Virus record (IMG/VR): IMGVR_UViG_3300028577_000006
Direction: 5' to 3' (one strand)
DNA: 64,000 bases
Origin: a virus
Taxonomy: Duplodnaviria; Heunggongvirae; Uroviricota; Caudoviricetes
A program made the translations under genes and the position numbers. The number at the start of each line of letters is the position of its first letter. The first letter of the stretch is position 1. Below, in pieces: positions 33,132-42,803 of this stretch. The notes beneath the pieces are model-generated. The model searched no databases, was not told where the DNA came from, and worked only from the letters and a program-made list of their open reading frames with translations.

Positions 33132-36032
33132 TCAGTCGTCGTTGACGCGCTGCTTGATGGCCCAGTCGACGACGTACTTCTGCGCTTCGGCAAGCGTCGG
33201 CATTTTCTTGCTCGGTGGACCGCCGCCTCGCGTCATCACGTAGAAACCGGGCTGGTCCTTCTCGATGCGCACGTCGAGCGCTCCGGAGCGTCCGGCGTTG
33301 TACTGCGAGTCGGACTCGTCCGACTGCTTCACGCGCCAGGACGATGGCTCCAAGATCAACTCGCTGCCGAACGGGAACCACACGAGGTTGTCGGAGTAGC
33401 GGCGGTGGATGTTGTTGGCGCGCTCGTACGCGCCGATCGCGCTCGGCGTTTTGTCGTCGAGCCTGCGTGACGTGTAGTACGCGCTGTTGTCGCCTTCTTC
33501 GTCGACAGCGAAGCGGAACACTTCAGCGCCGCGCTGGCCAGAGTAGCCCACGCGCAGAACGTACTCGACGCCTTCGTCCGTCTTGCCGCCCTTGACCCAC
33601 GTGTACACGCCGATGCTGCTCGGCGCCTCCACCTTCGCGCGCGGATCGAGCGGCAGCTGCTTCCATGCCAACCGCGCCGCCTCGCGCGCCTGCTCGTCAG
33701 TGATGTCTCTGAACACGTCCTTCTCGGCGAGCGCGTCGTGAAGCTTGATCGTGTTTTTCGGCGAGATGATGAACTCGGAGCGCAGGTGCGGATGGGCTCG
33801 CATGTCCGTGAGCGCCGACTCCGGGGAGACGTAGTGGTACGTCAGGTCTTTCGCGATCTGCTCGGCGGTCGCGTTGCCCTCTTCGGCCGAGCGCAGGCCG
33901 CTGTAGTAGAAGCCGTCCCACGCTTCCATCGCGTACGCGACGCGCCCCACGATCACGTCCCACGGAAGCCGTCCTGGCTTCGAACCTGCTGCCGCTTTCT
34001 TCGCGGCTCCTTCCTCACGCGCCTGCACGTTGACGGCCTTCAAGATCTTCTTCGCCGCCGACTTCATGCCGAACGCGATCTTGATGTTCTTCGTCAGCGC
34101 GTACGCGTACGCCTGATCGTGCACGCCGAAGCCCTGCATGTGCGTCACCTCGTGGATGACCGATGCGCAAAGCTCTTCGAGGTCGCTGTCGCTGCCGAGG
34201 TCGTAGCGATCGTCCTCTTCCTCGTACTTGAAGTCGCCGAGCGACTTGAGCGAGATCGGATTCAGCAGCAGCCAGTGCACGCCGCCGTGATTGAGCGCGG
34301 CGGCGGCCATGGCCATCTCGCGGCCTTCCGGATCGGTCTCCGTGTCGAAGACCCAGCCCACGCCGAACGGCTTGAACAGGCCCAGCTGGATGAGCGCGTA
34401 CTTGCAGAGTTCGGCCCACAGTCGGATCAGGCGCAGGTACTTCGGCTGCATCGACGCTGGTTCGAGCTTCTTCGGCACCTTGTAGCCTGGCAGCGTCTGC
34501 TCGATCAGGAAGTCGGGCTTCCATGCTGCCATGCGGATCGCGCCAGCGACCTGCTCGATCTTCAGCAGCTCCACGCCGCCGAGCACCGCGCGCACAGCCT
34601 CCGCGTGCGGCGCGAGATCGACTTCGTCCGCTTCCGATCCCTCCTCCGACTGGAACGAGATGCGCTGATCGATGATGACCTGCACGGCCGCTTCGAGAAC
34701 GTTGTCGCTGATGGAGAACGTCTTGCCCACCTTCTTGGGCTCCATCTCCTTCAGATCGAACTTCTCCAACGTACGCGCGGCGACTTCCGACGCGATGCCT
34801 TCACGCGTCGTCAGAGGTCCAGTGCCCTGGATCACCTTGCGGAAGCAAAGATCGTTCGCTCGCTGCGCCTTCAGCGCGCTCATCGGATCGACCGACAGCT
34901 TCCTCACGAACTGCTTAACCGTGTCGCGCGCCGACGACTCCCACGAGAGCGCGTCGCGCTTCTTCGTGAACACAGAGCGTGGCGGCGCCATGATGTCGAC
35001 GTAGACGATGCCCTTGAAGCCGCCGTCGCCCGAGTCGTTGCCCGACTCCTCGAACATGAAGACGCCGTTGCCGCGGATGTAGACGCCGTGCCGGCGCGCC
35101 CGCGGCTGGTGATAGATCTCGATCGTGCCGACCTCGTTTCCGGAGTCCAGCTTGATCGGACCCTTGTGCACGAGCGTGCCACCGCGCAGATCGGCATCCA
35201 CGCGCTTTCCATTCACCGTCGTGACGATGCCAGGCAGGTAGCTTCGTTCAAGAAGCGACATCGCGAAGTCGCCGCTAGTCGTGCGGTTCATCGGCATCCA
35301 CACCTTGACCTCGGTGCCCTGCATCGGCGGCTGACCCGCCTCGATGCCCGGCATGAAGAGATCTTCGTGTCGACCACGGGCGACGAGATCCCGCGTACGC
35401 ACTTCGTACCCGAGCCACGGCGTGAGGATCAGCTCCTTCGCATCGCCGAAGCCGCCCACCGAGCCGGCTTCCTTCACCGAACCGCCGCGCGTGAAGAAGG
35501 CCGCGCGTAGCGTCGTCTCATCCATGCCGGTACCGTTGTCGCGCGCGGACACGAGCATCGCCGGGGTCGACTCCTTCGTGTCCGGATCGACGAACGTGTC
35601 TTCGCGGCAGACCCAGTCGAAGCGCGTAGCGCGCGCATCGCGGCTGTTCTGCGCGACTTCGCGCCACCAAGCGAGTTCCCACTTGTCGTAGCTCTCGATG
35701 CGCCGAGCGTAGTAGTCGCCCGTCGTGCCCCAGCCGATCGTCGGCGGGTTTCGCTCCATCGCTGCGCGGACTTCGAAGTGCAGCACGCTGCCTTCGACGA
35801 AGAACGTCTCTTCGCCCATGCGCATGAGCGGATGCCACTCCAGCGCCTTCACAACGCCGTACGCCTGCTGTCCGGTCGTCGTGTAGTACTTGCCTGGCGT
35901 GGTCAGGAACTCGTCGATCGACGCGATCTTCTCGACCAGCTCCGGCTCGCCGTTGTTGACGAGCTTCGGATTGCGAGACGAACGCTTCGGCATCCGCGAG
36001 GTGCGCTTGGGCCTACGTGATGTTCGCTTCAT
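33132..36032 (-). CDS. large GHKL-type ATPase domain protein with HExxH motif and RTSRR-type N-terminal tail (966 aa)
   Basis: VSARDNGTGMDETTLRAAFF ... GGFGDAKELIL resembles N/G1/G2 boxes of GHKL ATPases; VIHEVTHMQGFGVHDQ HExxH; N-terminus MKRTSRRPKRTSRMPKRSSRNPK. Confidence 0.6.
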   Translation of the reverse strand: MKRTSRRPKRTSRMPKRSSRNPKLVNNGEPELVEKIASIDEFLTTPGKYYTTTGQQAYGVVKALEWHPLMRMGEETFFVEGSVLHFEVRAAMERNPPTIGWGTTGDYYARRIESYDKWELAWWREVAQNSRDARATRFDWVCREDTFVDPDTKESTPAMLVSARDNGTGMDETTLRAAFFTRGGSVKEAGSVGGFGDAKELILTPWLGYEVRTRDLVARGRHEDLFMPGIEAGQPPMQGTEVKVWMPMNRTTSGDFAMSLLERSYLPGIVTTVNGKRVDADLRGGTLVHKGPIKLDSGNEVGTIEIYHQPRARRHGVYIRGNGVFMFEESGNDSGDGGFKGIVYVDIMAPPRSVFTKKRDALSWESSARDTVKQFVRKLSVDPMSALKAQRANDLCFRKVIQGTGPLTTREGIASEVAARTLEKFDLKEMEPKKVGKTFSISDNVLEAAVQVIIDQRISFQSEEGSEADEVDLAPHAEAVRAVLGGVELLKIEQVAGAIRMAAWKPDFLIEQTLPGYKVPKKLEPASMQPKYLRLIRLWAELCKYALIQLGLFKPFGVGWVFDTETDPEGREMAMAAAALNHGGVHWLLLNPISLKSLGDFKYEEEDDRYDLGSDSDLEELCASVIHEVTHMQGFGVHDQAYAYALTKNIKIAFGMKSAAKKILKAVNVQAREEGAAKKAAAGSKPGRLPWDVIVGRVAYAMEAWDGFYYSGLRSAEEGNATAEQIAKDLTYHYVSPESALTDMRAHPHLRSEFIISPKNTIKLHDALAEKDVFRDITDEQAREAARLAWKQLPLDPRAKVEAPSSIGVYTWVKGGKTDEGVEYVLRVGYSGQRGAEVFRFAVDEEGDNSAYYTSRRLDDKTPSAIGAYERANNIHRRYSDNLVWFPFGSELILEPSSWRVKQSDESDSQYNAGRSGALDVRIEKDQPGFYVMTRGGGPPSKKMPTLAEAQKYVVDWAIKQRVNDD

Positions 36033-36433
36033 GACTCTCTCCTTCGCCCGACGAAGACGTCCAGCTCCTTCACGCCGGAATCGCGCGCAGCGTACAGTCG
36101 GTGCGCACCGTCAAACATCTCCATGCGTCCGCGGCGCAAGATCTCGCCCGTGATCGAGTCATACTCCGGCTTGCCTTCCGTCATCACCAGCGCGGGGATG
36201 TCGAGACCACCGCTGCGCATGATCGTCGTGTACTCGCCCGCCTTGCGCTTCGACATGGGCGAGACCGACGGCAGGTCGGACACGCTCCAACGTTCCAGCG
36301 TCCAGTCGTACCTGTCGCCCTTCGGGATGTGCAGCGACCGGCCGCCAATGGCGTCCGGATCTGTCCAATCCAAATGGCTCTGCACCTGCCTAAGCGTCGC
36401 AGGCAGGAGCGCCGTCGGATTGCGACGGCTCAT
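36029..36433 (-). CDS. ParB-like nuclease (ParB/Srx) domain protein
   Basis: GKPEYDSITGEILRRGRMEMFDGAHRLYAA resembles the ParB N-terminal DGHHR box. Confidence 0.5.
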   Translation of the reverse strand: MSRRNPTALLPATLRQVQSHLDWTDPDAIGGRSLHIPKGDRYDWTLERWSVSDLPSVSPMSKRKAGEYTTIMRSGGLDIPALVMTEGKPEYDSITGEILRRGRMEMFDGAHRLYAARDSGVKELDVFVGRRRES

Positions 36434-36624
36434 TTGCCGTATCCGTCTCGGTACCAGCCTGTCCCCTTGAGCACGAAGCCTCCGGCGTGGATGAGACGCT
36501 TCACGTCGCCGCCACAGCTTTCACGCACGCACTTCTTCAGCGGCGCATCGGTGATCTTCTGCTCGGCCTCGAAGCCGTACCCACACGTCTTACATTCGTA
36601 GTCGTACGTCACATGCGGCTCCAC
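36430..36624 (-). CDS. FmdB-family zinc-ribbon protein
   Basis: YDYECKTCGYGFEAEQKITDAPLKKC..CGGDVKRLI..GFVLKGTGWY matches FmdB/CxxC-x19-CxxC zinc ribbon. Confidence 0.65.
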   Translation of the reverse strand: MEPHVTYDYECKTCGYGFEAEQKITDAPLKKCVRESCGGDVKRLIHAGGFVLKGTGWYRDGYGK

Positions 36625-36761
36625 GATGCGTCCAGCGGACGCGGAAAAACATGACGCATCGTACCATCCGGATGAGCGGCCGGCGAGTGTCAGACAGTGC
36701 CGCCGTGCTGCCGATGTCTGACGGTTGCTCCGATGCCTGCGTCCTGGTACCGTCGGGAGGT

Positions 36762-37016
36762 ATGCGTCGAACGAGTCGGAGACGGGCGACGGCGCCGAAA
36801 ACCATCACGCTGGTCGTTCAGCGTGCGCCGGAAGGCGGATGGTGGGGGTTCGTTCCGTCTCTTCGCGGCGTGTACGGGCAGGGTGAGACGCGGGCGAGTG
36901 CTCGTCGTGAACTCGTGACCGCGCTCGACGAGGCGCTCGCGACGTACCGAAGTCTCCGGCAGAAGCCGCCGTTCGAGAGCGTGCTGATCGAAGACGTAAC
37001 TCGCGCGGCTTCGTGA
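36762..37016 (+). CDS. hicB: HicB-family antitoxin-like protein
   Basis: SD GGGAGG upstream; VVQRAPEGGWWGFVPSLRGVYGQGETRASARRELVTALDEALATY resembles HicB/UPF0150; begins MRRTSRRR. Confidence 0.6.
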   Translation: MRRTSRRRATAPKTITLVVQRAPEGGWWGFVPSLRGVYGQGETRASARRELVTALDEALATYRSLRQKPPFESVLIEDVTRAAS

Positions 37017-37020
37017 CGCC

Positions 37021-37203
37021 GTGAACAGACGAGAGCTTCTTCAGGCTATGCAGGCGTACGGCGCGGTCTTTGTGCGCGAAGGCGGCAAGCACAGCGTCTA
37101 CAGAAACCCGCGTACCGGGACGCTTATGTACGTGCCGCGTCACAAGCAGATCAAAAAGCCGCTGGCGGAGTCATTGGTTCGCGACGCGCAGGCGTCTGTC
37201 TGA
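37021..37203 (+). CDS. hicA: HicA-family mRNA interferase toxin-like protein
   Basis: LLQAMQAYGAVFVREGGKHSVYRNPRTGTLMYVPRHKQ typical HicA (GxH..hxhP.H); 4 nt after hicB. Confidence 0.65.
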   Translation: MNRRELLQAMQAYGAVFVREGGKHSVYRNPRTGTLMYVPRHKQIKKPLAESLVRDAQASV

Positions 37204-37313
37204 CCGCGCTTGCGCGCCACAGGGCCGCGCGCTACACGCCAATAGATGTCCGACGACGAGACTCCGCGCCTTCGCCGTGAAAACACCGTCCTCCGCGAGG
37301 AGCCAGGGCACTC

Positions 37314-37703
37314 ATGAGGGCGGCGATGGTCGGTACGTCTGGGGGCGCAATCGTGCATTGCGATCTCGCCGAAACGCCGGAGCAGCAGCAGATTGGGCTG
37401 TCGCGCGCACGCTTCGCGCCGAAGGCGATGCTCTTCGACTTCCGTGTGCCACGGATCGCGAGCATGACGATGCACGAGACAGCCGTTCCGCTCGGTATGA
37501 TGTTCATCGACGAGAACGGCACCGTGCGGCAGATCGTGCGGCGTGCAGGGCCTGGCAATCCCGTGCCGTACACGTGTCCGATCCCAGTCCGGTGGGTGCT
37601 CGAAGCGACACCCGCAGAAATCGAGCGACTCGAACGCGCTGGCGCACGCGCTGGGATGGATGTCACGATGTACTTGCCCCACAGCCGGACGATCGCCGCG
37701 TGA
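37314..37703 (+). CDS. DUF192-family protein
   Basis: DLAETPEQQQIGLSRARFAPKAMLFDF ... MHETAVPLGMMFIDENG pattern. Confidence 0.55.
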   Translation: MRAAMVGTSGGAIVHCDLAETPEQQQIGLSRARFAPKAMLFDFRVPRIASMTMHETAVPLGMMFIDENGTVRQIVRRAGPGNPVPYTCPIPVRWVLEATPAEIERLERAGARAGMDVTMYLPHSRTIAA

Positions 37704-37885
37704 TGGACGTCCGCGTCGATGCGCTGCGAAGAATCGTCGGCAAGGCGAAACGCGCTGCTCGCGTCTGCGAACTAGACCCACACGCGTGGGCTCGTGGTGT
37801 GCGCGCCGAGTGTCCGGCAGACGTGGCGGTGATTGGTCATCGCGATTTCCAACACCTCGTGCGATGGGCCTGGCGCTTGCCATGA
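37703..37885 (+). CDS. small hypothetical protein (tentative)
   Basis: ATG overlapping DUF192 stop (TGATG). Confidence 0.25.
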   Translation: MDVRVDALRRIVGKAKRAARVCELDPHAWARGVRAECPADVAVIGHRDFQHLVRWAWRLP

Positions 37886-38151
37886 CCGACGACCGACGCG
37901 TTCTCCCCGATGGTGTGCACGTCTACCGATCGAAGTGGGATCGGCCCGGAATCGGCTTCTATTCGGGCTCGAACGTCGCGGACGAGGGGCCGGACCCGAT
38001 CCCGGGAGTGGTCGAGCGCGACTTCGTTCGACGCGTCCACGAAATGACTGTGATGTCTGAACGTGTACGCCAGCACATCCGTGAGGCGACGGAGCGACGA
38101 CGAGCGCTCAACGATCGGCTTCGCGCGCTGCTGAAGCGCCTAGATCCCTGA
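37864..38151 (+). CDS. small hypothetical protein (tentative)
   Basis: C-terminal part of ORF 37543..38151. Confidence 0.25.
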   Translation: MGLALAMTDDRRVLPDGVHVYRSKWDRPGIGFYSGSNVADEGPDPIPGVVERDFVRRVHEMTVMSERVRQHIREATERRRALNDRLRALLKRLDP

Positions 38152-38529
38152 CCACGCGAAGCCGAGCATGCGCAACGCGAAGGTCACGACCTCGCGCGCT
38201 TGCTGGTCGCCATCGTTTGCACGGCGAGCCAGTAGGCGCAGGAACGTATGCAGCACTTCGAGATCGCGGAAGGTCACTCGAATCTGACCGCGCTCCCTCA
38301 CCGCGATGATGCGGTCGTCGTCGTACGCGAACTCGCGAATGCAGCGAGTCGCCTCTTGCCCCACGATCGCGGCGTCATCGTCATCGTCGAGCGGCAGCGT
38401 GAACATGTCCGGCGGCGGACACAGCGCGCTGTCGCCGTGCTCCATGAATCGCCACACGTGTCTGACGAATCGGTCGTAGGAGGGGACTTCTCCCGGCCGA
38501 AGCGGGAAGAAGACGAGGGCACGAGACAT
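38140..38529 (-). CDS. hypothetical protein
   Basis: ORF with acidic DDDDD stretch. Confidence 0.4.
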   Translation of the reverse strand: MSRALVFFPLRPGEVPSYDRFVRHVWRFMEHGDSALCPPPDMFTLPLDDDDDAAIVGQEATRCIREFAYDDDRIIAVRERGQIRVTFRDLEVLHTFLRLLARRANDGDQQAREVVTFALRMLGFAWSGI

Positions 38530-39170
38530 CAGCCAGCGGCTTTCCGGACGCTCAGCATCGCATCACGGGCACGCCCGATCTCCTCGAACTGTGCGCGAGC
38601 CGCTTCCTTCACGCCCGACGGGGCATCGGCGGGAACCATGTCCGGATGGCACTTGAAGGCCATCGTCTTGTAGGCCTTCTTGATCTCGGCCTCGGTCGCG
38701 TCGATCGAGACACCCAGGATTTCGTACGGCGTACGGCTGCTCGTGAAGCCTGACGTCGCCTGACTCGCCGCTTGCTGCGCCTTGCGAGCCGCCGCCTGTG
38801 CTGCTGCCTGCGCGGCAGCACGCGCCTGCGCGGCGGCACGCTCACGGAGCTTCGCGGCTCCGGCGTCCCAGAGAAACTTGTAGCAAGTCTTGCAGGTGCC
38901 GTAGCCGTTGTTCGGATGAACCTGCTCCATGCCGCCCACCTGAAACGACTTCGTACACGCCGCGCACGTGAAGATCTTGGCCGTGTAGTCGGCAGGCAAC
39001 GCAGCCGTTGCGGCCTGATTCACCCGCTGAGCAGCGCGGAAGCCGCCCTGCTGAGCCACCTCGAACCCCCGCTCGACTGCACGCACGGCGGCGTCGCTGA
39101 GGGCCTCTCCGAAGACGTCCTGCACGTCTCCCAGAATGTCTTCGATCCCGAGCTTGCGCGGTCGCGGCAT
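38529..39170 (-). CDS. J-domain (DnaJ-like) protein with N-terminal Cys cluster
   Basis: C-terminal TPYEILGVSIDATEAEIKKAYKTMAFKCHPDM with HPD tripeptide; CAAC...CKTC upstream. Confidence 0.7.
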   Translation of the reverse strand: MPRPRKLGIEDILGDVQDVFGEALSDAAVRAVERGFEVAQQGGFRAAQRVNQAATAALPADYTAKIFTCAACTKSFQVGGMEQVHPNNGYGTCKTCYKFLWDAGAAKLRERAAAQARAAAQAAAQAAARKAQQAASQATSGFTSSRTPYEILGVSIDATEAEIKKAYKTMAFKCHPDMVPADAPSGVKEAARAQFEEIGRARDAMLSVRKAAG

Positions 39171-39211
39171 CCGTTGAATGTCGCTGATTTAGCGTCCCAA
39201 ATCAAGCCGAA

Positions 39212-39454
39212 CTAGATGCCGGTGAGGAGGCCCAGGCCGAGGCTGGCCATCTCGCCCTTCTCGTCGCCGAGGCTCTCCCTGAGCTTCCTGCGCTTCCACG
39301 ATGAGAGCCAGAAGAGGCCGCCCAAGACAGCGATGCCGCCGCCAACGAGGACCACCATCTCCGTCGTGATGCCGCTTCCGCCGATGCCGCCCGACGGATA
39401 CGATTGACCAAGCGGTCGCGTCTGACGTGGCTCGCGAGGGTATCGGTAGCTCAT
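39212..39454 (-). CDS. small membrane protein (MSYR family N-terminus)
   Basis: starts MSYRYP; TM VVLVGGGIAVLGGLFWL. Confidence 0.45.
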   Translation of the reverse strand: MSYRYPREPRQTRPLGQSYPSGGIGGSGITTEMVVLVGGGIAVLGGLFWLSSWKRRKLRESLGDEKGEMASLGLGLLTGI

Positions 39455-39464
39455 CTCGGCGTCC

Positions 39465-39950
39465 TCAAATCACAGGCGCTGCATTCGGAACGCAGACAAA
39501 GCGGCTGTCGGTCGGACGAAATGCCGAACGCAGTCCCGCAGGACACGAGTAGCAACCCACGCCGGTGGTTCCTGCCGCGATGCCCTGCTGGCACGCAGCG
39601 TCAGTACGTGGCGTCGCAGGCGTGCCGGCTGCCAGCGCCGCTGTCACGGCCTGCTGGTGAGACGCGAGCGCAGCGATTCCAGCTCGTGACTGTTGCTCGT
39701 TCCGGTACTGATGGTACTCGTAGTACGCGCCAGCCAGGACGATCTCGCCGACTGCGACACCAAGCGCGACTCGCTTCCCCGTCTGCTTCGAACCGGTCGC
39801 CCCGCGCGCGAGCGCACCAGCTACCGTAGCCACGCCAAGACCGCCAAGCGCCAAGGCGCCGAAGTAGATCACCAGTTCCGCGCCCAAGCCTTCGCCAGCG
39901 CCAAGGGCGCGCGGCGATCTGCGACGGTCGAGTCGACGGCGGTAGCTCAT
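39465..39950 (-). CDS. membrane protein (MSYR family N-terminus)
   Basis: starts MSYRRR; TM segments. Confidence 0.45.
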   Translation of the reverse strand: MSYRRRLDRRRSPRALGAGEGLGAELVIYFGALALGGLGVATVAGALARGATGSKQTGKRVALGVAVGEIVLAGAYYEYHQYRNEQQSRAGIAALASHQQAVTAALAAGTPATPRTDAACQQGIAAGTTGVGCYSCPAGLRSAFRPTDSRFVCVPNAAPVI

Positions 39951-40021
39951 CTATTTCTCCAAAGACGAACGGCGCCATCACGCATGAAGCGCGTGGCGAC
40001 GCTCATCTGCTCTGGTGCGCC

Positions 40022-40282
40022 TCAGACAACCACGAGCGTGCCGAGACCCGAGACCGCCGGTGGCGGCGTCGGCTGCACGACGGTCGGCATCGGAGCAGGC
40101 AGCGCGACGGCGGTCGGGGCTGCTGCTGCATGGTGGTTCATCCACCAGCGGTACGCGAGGTAGCCGCCGCCAGCGAGCAAGATCCAACCGATCGTGTCCG
40201 GGTTGCGACGCATGCGACGATGACCGCGGTTGCGACGGACGCGGCGACGAACGTTCTTCTTCGAGTGTCTCTTCTTTGCCAT
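40022..40282 (-). CDS. small basic membrane protein
   Basis: MAKKRHSKKNVRRRVRRNRGHRR then TM IGWILLAGGGYLAYRWW. Confidence 0.35.
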   Translation of the reverse strand: MAKKRHSKKNVRRRVRRNRGHRRMRRNPDTIGWILLAGGGYLAYRWWMNHHAAAAPTAVALPAPMPTVVQPTPPPAVSGLGTLVVV

Positions 40283-40299
40283 GACGATTCTCCTTCTAG

Positions 40300-40845
40300 C
40301 TAGAGACCACCCAGGCCGTCGCCAGAGTCGCCCATTCCATCACGCCGCCGCTGAGGGAGAACGCCATTCGACGCGTTCGCCGGATCTACTTCGTAGCTAC
40401 CAAGCGACTGCGAGTCGCCCTCGTACGGTCCCGACTCGTAGCAACCCATGCCGAGCGTGTCGCGCATCGGTCCGATCGGACGAGCGCCTGGCACCGCACG
40501 ATTCGCGTTCGCACGATCGGCACGCTGCGCCTCTGCCATCTGCTGCTTCCAGATCGCGCACGACTCGTTCGCATGCCTGAACAGGCCGGGCGAGTGACAC
40601 GGGGACTCGGTCCATTGCTGCGCAACCTGCTGCTCATGCGTGCCGCTGAAGCCAGGCTCCGTCACGTAGTCGATGTGGTGCGTGTAGTTGAGCGGCATGC
40701 CGATCATGAAGTCGGGCCCCCATCCATACGGCGCGTACACCGCACCAGCAGGACCAGAGCGCGCAGCGTACGGCGCGATCCCGCCCGCGAAGTACGTCGT
40801 AGGAGCGACGCCCGGTATCCCCAGGCCTGAACGACGGTAGCTCAT
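40300..40845 (-). CDS. hypothetical protein (MSYR family N-terminus)
   Basis: internal ATG 40845 (MSYRRSGLGIPG) overlapping upstream stop (ATGA). Confidence 0.45.
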   Translation of the reverse strand: MSYRRSGLGIPGVAPTTYFAGGIAPYAARSGPAGAVYAPYGWGPDFMIGMPLNYTHHIDYVTEPGFSGTHEQQVAQQWTESPCHSPGLFRHANESCAIWKQQMAEAQRADRANANRAVPGARPIGPMRDTLGMGCYESGPYEGDSQSLGSYEVDPANASNGVLPQRRRDGMGDSGDGLGGL

Positions 40846-41135
40846 CGGACCCCCTGCGCTCGAAGCTGATCGCCGATCTCGTCCATCACCATGGCCATCT
40901 CCTTGGAGATCGCCGCCCATTCGCGTGCCAGCACCGGGCTGAACTCCGTACCGGTGAGCGTGCACGCCAGATCGCGCGCCATCATGTACGCGGCCAGGGC
41001 CGGCAACACACGCGAGTTCTCCAGCTCGTCTTCGGCCTTCGTCAGAAGATGGTCGATGTCGCGCAGCGTTGCTGTCGCGGAGAAGTTTCGGCGGGAACGA
41101 CGCTTCGGTCGCCGCGATGTGCGGCGGCGTTTCAT
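40842..41135 (-). CDS. hypothetical protein with RTSRR N-terminal tail
   Basis: MKRRRTSRRPKRRSRRNF. Confidence 0.45.
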   Translation of the reverse strand: MKRRRTSRRPKRRSRRNFSATATLRDIDHLLTKAEDELENSRVLPALAAYMMARDLACTLTGTEFSPVLAREWAAISKEMAMVMDEIGDQLRAQGVR

Positions 41136-41887
41136 TCCTCGCTCTCGTCCATCTCTTGGTCGACCAGCTCATCTTCTTGCGTGGTAGTCCAGTCGTCCGC
41201 GTTGCTGACGCCGTCGAAGGTGCCCTTCCTGATCGTTTCGCCGAGATTCTCGATCTCGACGCGCACGTTCCGGCCGTGACCTCCGCTTTCGGCAAACACT
41301 GCCGCCTGGTCGTACAAGACTGCATCGCACGGTTTCTCGGTGCCGAGCGGCTTCGTCCAGACCCCGGGCTTCGCCTTGAGCCTTCCCCAGCCGAGTCGTT
41401 CGAGTTCCGGAGCCTCCTCGACCGCCAGCGTCTCGGCTCGCATGCGCTGCTTGGCCTCACCATGGATCTCGGTGCCGCCCCACTCCCACGACGGAATGCA
41501 GACGATACCGGGCTCCTTCACGCAGCGGATCGTCGTGTGACCGATGATGGTCATGTCGACCGTGGCAGCGTCGTACACCTTGTTCTGCTTGGCCTCCGAC
41601 AGCTCGTCCCAGCCGCCAGCCGGCCACTCGATGCCTTCGTCCTTGGCGGCGGCCTTCATGTCGGCGTCGCTGATGACCGAGAAGATTCCACAGGTCTTCG
41701 GGTCGTCGAGATGGTCAACCGCGTACTCGAACGCGTCTTCGAAGTGATCGGCCCACACGAGCAGCTTCGTGTCCCCGTACGCGCCGAAGTGCATGAGGAA
41801 CAAGCCGCCACGATCGGCATCGCTCGTGTTCACCACGTCTAGGCCCTTGAACTCGTCGCCTGGATTTTTGCGCGATCGCTTCGTCAT
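41132..41887 (-). CDS. hypothetical protein with acidic C-terminus
   Basis: 251-aa ORF, ATGA-coupled. Confidence 0.5.
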   Translation of the reverse strand: MTKRSRKNPGDEFKGLDVVNTSDADRGGLFLMHFGAYGDTKLLVWADHFEDAFEYAVDHLDDPKTCGIFSVISDADMKAAAKDEGIEWPAGGWDELSEAKQNKVYDAATVDMTIIGHTTIRCVKEPGIVCIPSWEWGGTEIHGEAKQRMRAETLAVEEAPELERLGWGRLKAKPGVWTKPLGTEKPCDAVLYDQAAVFAESGGHGRNVRVEIENLGETIRKGTFDGVSNADDWTTTQEDELVDQEMDESEE

Positions 41888-41896
41888 AACGACCCC

Positions 41897-42676
41897 TCAA
41901 TAGTTGAACACGACCTGATGGAGCGTGTTCGTGCCGCCGCCTGCGCGGTTCAACGACTGACCAGTGCCGCCGTTTGGCAACACGCCAGGTGCCGCCGGCT
42001 CGACCGCCGTAGCGCTCCACAGGTCTGTCATGCCCGGCGCCGCGACCACCTGCTGCTGCTGCTTCACATTCGCGAACCAGTCCTGGATGTCGCTCTGGGT
42101 GAGATGCCCGGTGCCGCCCACCAAGCCGTTGAAGATGCCCTGGATCGTCAACGGCCTCGTCGCAGCCACGTAGGTCGGACCGCTGAGCGATGAGTACGGA
42201 TTATTCTGAAGTGGCAGTCCATCGATCCACACCTGGAACACGGAGCCAGGGGCGCTCGGATTTGGGTACACGGACACGAGGCCCACGGTCACCGTGACGC
42301 CCGGAAGATACGGCTGGAGCACGCCAACAGAGCGAGCGCTCGGATTCGCCGGGTCGGTGAGCAAGAGCCCATCGATTGCATTCGTCGGGTTGACGTTGAC
42401 GATCGTAAACTCGTTGTCGATGTCAATCGACTGGTCTTCGTACTCGATGAAGATGCCGCTCGTGTTCACGACCTGAGCGTCGACTGACGAAGGCCCGCTG
42501 CCGAGGGCAACGAAGCCGAACCAGAACGGTGGCGGACCGTGCGTGAACGACGGAGATGCCGCAGTGGCGTTGTACGTCGCGTTCAAGAACCACATGCCGA
42601 CAGGAGGCTGCTGGGCGAATCCGCCGGAACGGCGTTTCCATCCAGATTTCCAGAGCATTCCTTTCGATGCGGTCAT
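41897..42676 (-). CDS. structural-like protein (beta-rich, Asn/Thr/Gly-rich)
   Basis: composition typical of tail/fiber-like proteins. Confidence 0.5.
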   Translation of the reverse strand: MTASKGMLWKSGWKRRSGGFAQQPPVGMWFLNATYNATAASPSFTHGPPPFWFGFVALGSGPSSVDAQVVNTSGIFIEYEDQSIDIDNEFTIVNVNPTNAIDGLLLTDPANPSARSVGVLQPYLPGVTVTVGLVSVYPNPSAPGSVFQVWIDGLPLQNNPYSSLSGPTYVAATRPLTIQGIFNGLVGGTGHLTQSDIQDWFANVKQQQQVVAAPGMTDLWSATAVEPAAPGVLPNGGTGQSLNRAGGGTNTLHQVVFNY

Positions 42677-42693
42677 GTTGTTTGGTCTATGCT

Positions 42694-42801
42694 GGCAACT
42701 AGAAGGTGAGGCTGGGGTCGCTACGGGGCTGGGCGCCTCGACGTACGGAGATCCTCTGGGTTGGATTCGTCGTCAGACCCCAGCCCCACCTTCTAGTTGC
42801 C
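42694..42801. repeat. 27-bp near-perfect inverted repeat (GGCAACTAGAAGGTGAGGCTGGGGTC / GACCCCAGCCCCACCTTCTAGTTGCC) flanking a 54-nt loop
   Basis: intergenic between two structural-like genes. Confidence 0.7.
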
Positions 42802-42803
42802 AA

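Noticed and set aside
37070-37885. Overlapping 271-aa (+) and 247-aa (-) ORFs across the DUF192 region
   Set aside because: Both Arg-rich with no motifs; the DUF192 ORF in another frame has a recognisable family signature.
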